In this document: positions 60,073 through 64,000 of the stretch, piece after piece
How positions within the stretch are numbered: the stretch's first letter is position 1
How the letters are laid out: each line of letters starts with the position of its first letter
From: an uncultured Candidatus Rokubacteria bacterium
GTDB lineage: Bacteria; Methylomirabilota; Methylomirabilia; Rokubacteriales; CSP1-6
Length of the DNA stretch: 64,000 nt
Assembly (NCBI GenBank): GCA_963771355.1
Contig: CAVYTA010000002.1
Coordinates: forward strand, 32,001 to 96,000
Reading direction: 5' to 3'
The notes under the pieces: model-generated
The model's database searches: none
What the model was told of the DNA's origin: nothing
Seen by the model: only the letters and a program-made list of their open reading frames with translations
Position numbers and translations under genes: made by a program

Positions 60073-60964
60073 ATGAAGTTCGGCGTGGTGATCCCGATCT
60101 GGCGGTTGACGATGGCGGATGCCGAGCGCATCACCCTGCGCGCGGAGGAGCTGGGCTGGGACGGCGTCTTCGTGCCCGACCACATCATGGCCAAGCCGGC
60201 GACAACCCAGCACTACGGGCCGACCTGGCCGGACCCCTTCGCGCTCCTGGCTTTTCTCGCGGGGCGGACGCGGCGGATCCAGGTGGGGGCGAGCGTCATC
60301 GTGCTGCCCTACCGCAATCCCCTCGTCGCCGCGAAATCGGCGGCCACGGTCGATCAGGTCTCGGGGGGCCGCTTCATCTGCGGCATCGGCGTGGGCTGGG
60401 ACGAGGCGGAGTTCAAGGACCTGGGCCTCCCCTTCCGCGAGCGCGGCGCCATGACGGATGAGTACCTCAAGATCATGAAGACCGCGTGGGCGGCGGACGT
60501 GCCGGAGTACAAGGGGCGCTACATGAGCTTCAGCGGCGCCACCTTCTCGCCGCGGCCACGGCAGACCCCGAATCCGCCCATCTGGGCGGGCGGCGCGCCG
60601 GGCGCGCTCTCGGCGCCCGCGATGCGGCGGGCGGCCACCCTCTGCGACGGCTGGCACCCGCTCGGGCTCGGCCTGGGCCGATCTCGAAAAGGGCATGGCC
60701 ACGGTGAAGGAGCTGGCCAAGAGCGCGGGCCGGTCCGCGGGCGCGGTGCGCATCTGCCCGCGCAATGGGCTCGCGCTGGGCGCCAAGGCCGGCGGGGAGC
60801 GCGCGCCCTACGAGGGTGCGCCCGATCAGGTGGCGGCGGACGTGAAGCGGGCGGCGGAGCTCGGCTGCGAGTGGCTCACCTTCGACATGCCGAAGGCGGA
60901 CGTGCCGGGCATGCTCGCGGTGATGGAGCGCTTCGTGAAGGAGGTCAAACCGGCGGCGGCTTGA
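60073..60964 (+). CDS. LLM class oxidoreductase (putative F420-dependent), frameshift near 60680
   Basis: GWDGVFVPDH, LPYRNP, SGGRFICGIGVGW, DGWHP. C-terminus continues in ORF 60695-60964. Confidence 0.85.
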
Positions 60965-60989
60965 AGGGGATCGGAGGTGGAGGTCACCG

Positions 60990-61346
60990 ATGATACTTGC
61001 CGCGCAGGCTGCCGTGGTGCTCGTGGCCCTGCTCCACTTCTATTTTCTCGTGCTGGAGATGTTCATCTGGGAGAAGCCCTACGGACTGCGCACCTTCGGC
61101 AATACGCGGGAGCGCGCGGCGATCACGAAGGCGCTCGCCGCCAATCAGGGGCTTTACAACGGGTTCCTCGGCGCGGGGCTCCTGTGGGGTCTCAGCCTGG
61201 GGCCCGCGGGCCGGCACATCGTGATCTTCTTTCTCTGCTGCGTGGTGGTGGCGGGCGTCTTCGGCGCCCTCACCGCGAGCCGCAAGATCCTCTGGGTGCA
61301 GGCGGCGCCGGGGGCGATCGCGCTCCTGCTCGTGCTCTTTTCGTGA
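60990..61346 (+). CDS. DUF1304 family membrane protein
   Basis: LHFYFLVLEMFIW, LAANQGLYNGFL, VQAAP. Confidence 0.88.
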   Translation: MILAAQAAVVLVALLHFYFLVLEMFIWEKPYGLRTFGNTRERAAITKALAANQGLYNGFLGAGLLWGLSLGPAGRHIVIFFLCCVVVAGVFGALTASRKILWVQAAPGAIALLLVLFS

Positions 61347-61370
61347 GGCGGGCGCCGGCGCGGGTCCGCT

Positions 61371-62258
61371 TCAGGTCCGGGCGGCGCGCTCGGTCTCGGT
61401 GGTCAGCGTGAAGGAGCGGCGCGCCGCCGTCTGATTCTCGTAGATCGAGCCCTGATTGCGCGCGGGCGGCAACGGCAAGCGCACCGGCACCGGCGTCACG
61501 CGGGGCTCGATGGTCCCGCTCCCCGCCACCAGACGCTTGTCGAAGTCCTCGAGGGACGGCGCGTTGAGCAACGGCCAGGCGTCGGCGGCGGCATACTCGA
61601 AGAGCAGCAGCGACCGCGGCAGGCTCGAGACGTTCTGCGCGGAGCCGTGGAGCAGGCGCACGTGGTGGAAGGACATCGAGCCCGCGCGGCCGGTCATCGG
61701 CACCGCGCGCGCCACCTCATCCTTGACCGCCGCCGGATCCACCGCGCCGCAGAAGTAGCCGTCCGCGTGATGGTCGAAGATGGGGCCCCGGTGGCTCCCG
61801 GGCACCACCATGAGGGGGCCGTTGTCGCTGGTGGCGTCGTCCAGCATGATGCCCACCGCCAGGATGTCGTCATTGGTGTGCGGGTAGAACGCCCAGTCCT
61901 GATGCCATTCCACCGGGGATCCGTACTTCGGCGACTTCATGTTGAGCTTGGAGCCGTGCAGCCGCACCCCCGGGCCGAGCAGGGCCTGGAGCACGGCGAG
62001 CAGGCGCGGATGGCGGGTGAGACGCTCGAATGCGGGCAAGAACTTGTGCGGAGTCTTGATGCGGCGCACACGCGGATCATCGGCGCGATGGCCGGGCTCG
62101 AGGTCGTAAACGTCCGTATGCGAGGTCACCGCGCGCGCACCCTCGAGGATCACCGCCAGGTCGCGGCGCAGGACGCCGAGCGTCTCCGGCTCGAGCACGT
62201 CGGGGACGACGAGATAGCCTTGCTCACGGTAGAACGCCACGTCGCGCTCACTGATCAT
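61371..62258 (-). CDS. Phytanoyl-CoA dioxygenase (PhyH) family Fe(II)/2OG enzyme
   Basis: FYREQGYLV, WHQD, DNGPLMVVPGSH, HGSAQN..R. Confidence 0.9.
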   Translation of the reverse strand: MISERDVAFYREQGYLVVPDVLEPETLGVLRRDLAVILEGARAVTSHTDVYDLEPGHRADDPRVRRIKTPHKFLPAFERLTRHPRLLAVLQALLGPGVRLHGSKLNMKSPKYGSPVEWHQDWAFYPHTNDDILAVGIMLDDATSDNGPLMVVPGSHRGPIFDHHADGYFCGAVDPAAVKDEVARAVPMTGRAGSMSFHHVRLLHGSAQNVSSLPRSLLLFEYAAADAWPLLNAPSLEDFDKRLVAGSGTIEPRVTPVPVRLPLPPARNQGSIYENQTAARRSFTLTTETERAART

Positions 62259-62338
62259 CGGGGTCTCCCGGGCGGTTCGCCATGCCGAATGCGTCGCGCT
62301 TCTGCTTCCAGCGTACCATGCCGGGCCGAACCGGGCGC

Positions 62339-62367
62339 TTGACAGGCCGCCGCCGCTGACCGACATT
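62339..62367 (+). promoter_or_regulatory. Sigma70-type promoter of the sugar ABC operon
   Basis: TTGACA (62339-62344), 17-nt spacer, GACATT (62362-62367). Confidence 0.6.
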
Positions 62368-62426
62368 CAAGGCGCACCGATGGTCCCAGGCACGCCATGA
62401 TCAACGCAGATCAAGGGAGACCCACC

Positions 62427-63779
62427 ATGCCGTCTCGCCACCTCAGCCGCCGCACCGTCCTCGCCGGCGCCCTCGGCGCCTCCGCCGCCCTGGCCCTGCC
62501 CCGCCTCGGCTTCCCGGCGGTGAAGAAGGGCACCAGCCTCCGGCTCTGGATCCTCAAGACCTATGTGGAGCCGACCAACAAGGCCATCGAGGCGAGCGCC
62601 CAGCGCTGGGCGCAGAAGCACGGCGCCGCGGTGACCGTCGAGTACTTCACCTTCGAAGACATGCAGACCAAGTACGTGGCGGCGATCGAGAGCAACAGCA
62701 CGCCGGACGTAGGGCAGCTCGAGACGAGCGCGCCCTCGCGCTTCGCCGGCATGGGCCAGCTCCTCGACCTCACCTCCTTCTCGAAGCAGATCGAGAGCCA
62801 GGCGGGCAAGGCGCCCGCCAACGTGGCGCCGGTGACCATGATGGACGGGAAGGTGTACTCGATCCCGTGGTATGTCATGGGCGCCTTCTGGTACGTGTGG
62901 CGCGACGTGTTCGAGAAGGCCAAGGTCAAGCTCCCCAGCAGCTTCGCCGAGGCCAAGGAAGCGGCGCAGGCGCTGACCCGGCCCAAGGACAACTTCTACG
63001 GGATGGGGCAAAGCTGGAACCGCACCGCCGACGGCTACGGCGTCATGCAGAGCCTGATGTACTCCCACGGCGTGGGCTGGGCGGGCAAGGATGGCAAGTA
63101 CAAGTCCATCAAGACCCCCCAGATGCAGACGGTCATGAAGTGGGCCACCGACATCTACACGAACCAGCTCCAGCCCGCCGACACCCTGACCTGGACGGGC
63201 TCGGGCAACAACGAGAACTTCATCGCCAAGAACATCGCGCAGACCTCCAACGGCCCCAGTATCACCTTCGCCATGGAGAACGCGGTGGCCAAGGCCACCG
63301 ACGCCAAGGACAAGAAGATGAAGGAGGACGCGCTCGCGAATCACGTGGCCCTGCCACACCTGGGCGGGCCGGACGGGCGCCGCATGCAGGCCATCGCGAT
63401 GTCCATGGGCGTCTTCAAGGGCAGCAAGGACCCGGAGGCCGCCATGAGTCTGATCGCCCATCTCGTCTCCCCCGAGGAGACGGTGATGGTGATGAAGGAT
63501 TCCTACGGCCAGTTCGCACCGGTGCTGGAGAAGGCCAAGACCGCCTCCAAGGACTACTTCAACAAGAATGACAACTACCGGACGTTCGGGCGCGCGGCGG
63601 AGTGGTTCGCGCCCACCGGCTGGCCCGGGCCCGTCACGGCGGCGGCGGCGGAGGTGCAGGCGAGCAACCTCCTCACCGACGCGCCCGCCAAGGTGATCGT
63701 GGACAAGTGGTCCGTGGATCAGGCCATCGAGTGGGAAGACAAGAAGATCAAAGAAATCTACGATACCCTTCGCGCGTGA
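62427..63779 (+). CDS. Carbohydrate ABC transporter substrate-binding protein with Tat signal
   Basis: SRRTVL Tat motif, TPDVGQ, GQLLDL, DGKVYSIPW. Followed by a sugar permease. Confidence 0.88.
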   Translation: MPSRHLSRRTVLAGALGASAALALPRLGFPAVKKGTSLRLWILKTYVEPTNKAIEASAQRWAQKHGAAVTVEYFTFEDMQTKYVAAIESNSTPDVGQLETSAPSRFAGMGQLLDLTSFSKQIESQAGKAPANVAPVTMMDGKVYSIPWYVMGAFWYVWRDVFEKAKVKLPSSFAEAKEAAQALTRPKDNFYGMGQSWNRTADGYGVMQSLMYSHGVGWAGKDGKYKSIKTPQMQTVMKWATDIYTNQLQPADTLTWTGSGNNENFIAKNIAQTSNGPSITFAMENAVAKATDAKDKKMKEDALANHVALPHLGGPDGRRMQAIAMSMGVFKGSKDPEAAMSLIAHLVSPEETVMVMKDSYGQFAPVLEKAKTASKDYFNKNDNYRTFGRAAEWFAPTGWPGPVTAAAAEVQASNLLTDAPAKVIVDKWSVDQAIEWEDKKIKEIYDTLRA

Positions 63780-64000
63780 CGCGGGACGCGGGAGCGCTCG
63801 CCCTGGGCGCTCCCGCGCCGCGCCGTCGCCGGCGCGGCCGCCAGCGGAATCGCGACCTCGGCACCGCCGCCCTCTTCCTCCTCCCGCTCTTCGTCCTGGT
63901 GCTGGGGCTGATCTTCTACCCCTTCTACCGGGCGGTGTGGCTGTCCTTCACCGACAAGCTCGTGGGCTATCCCGAGCGCTTCGTGGGCCTCCGGAACTAC
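63776..64000 (+). CDS. Carbohydrate ABC transporter permease, 5' part, runs off window end
   Basis: GTG overlaps the SBP stop. Reads ...LFLLPLFVLVLGLIFYPFYRAVWLSFTD...FVGLRNY. Confidence 0.85.
   Translation, partial: MTRDAGALALGAPAPRRRRRGRQRNRDLGTAALFLLPLFVLVLGLIFYPFYRAVWLSFTDKLVGYPERFVGLRNY

Overview
A high-GC (about 70% by eye), gene-dense bacterial window of mostly accessory metabolic genes. Gene content (many Tat-exported ABC binding proteins, several LLM oxidoreductases, an orphan ABC_sub_bind protein, an outer-membrane beta-barrel) suggests a diderm soil bacterium, possibly Candidatus Rokubacteria/Methylomirabilota; this is an inference. Scattered single-base frameshifts in otherwise intact genes point to a long-read or low-coverage assembly. 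Main blocks: a membrane-anchored Ser/Thr pseudokinase; a divergent arsenic-resistance cluster (arsN1-MFS-hypothetical / arsR-arsC-aquaporin-MFS) with an ATCAA-N6-TTGAT operator; an aromatic/amine catabolic island (hpaD-like dioxygenase converging on ABC transporter, FAD oxidoreductase, esterase and LigA/LigB genes) next to a Crp/Fnr regulator; IorAB-like molybdoenzyme; hydantoinase/oxoprolinase A/B; peptide ABC genes; a degraded lower-GC patch at 36-37.4 kb; an Att-like ABC/lipocalin operon; amidases, RidA proteins, a CoA-transferase and the start of a sugar ABC operon. Best candidate for an undescribed system: the Crp/Fnr regulator has an NtcA-type recognition helix (RVTVTR), and both converging transcription units of the adjacent catabolic island carry a GTAT-N6-ATAC (GTA-N8-TAC) box exactly 23 nt upstream of a -10-like hexamer. 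This suggests a self-contained NtcA-like regulon for aromatic-amine catabolism outside cyanobacteria. Also notable: a 75-bp in-frame repeat-like insertion inside hydantoinase A, a 127-bp MITE-like palindrome, and a binding-protein gene collapsed by an in-frame internal deletion. No rRNA, tRNA, CRISPR array or transposase was recognised.
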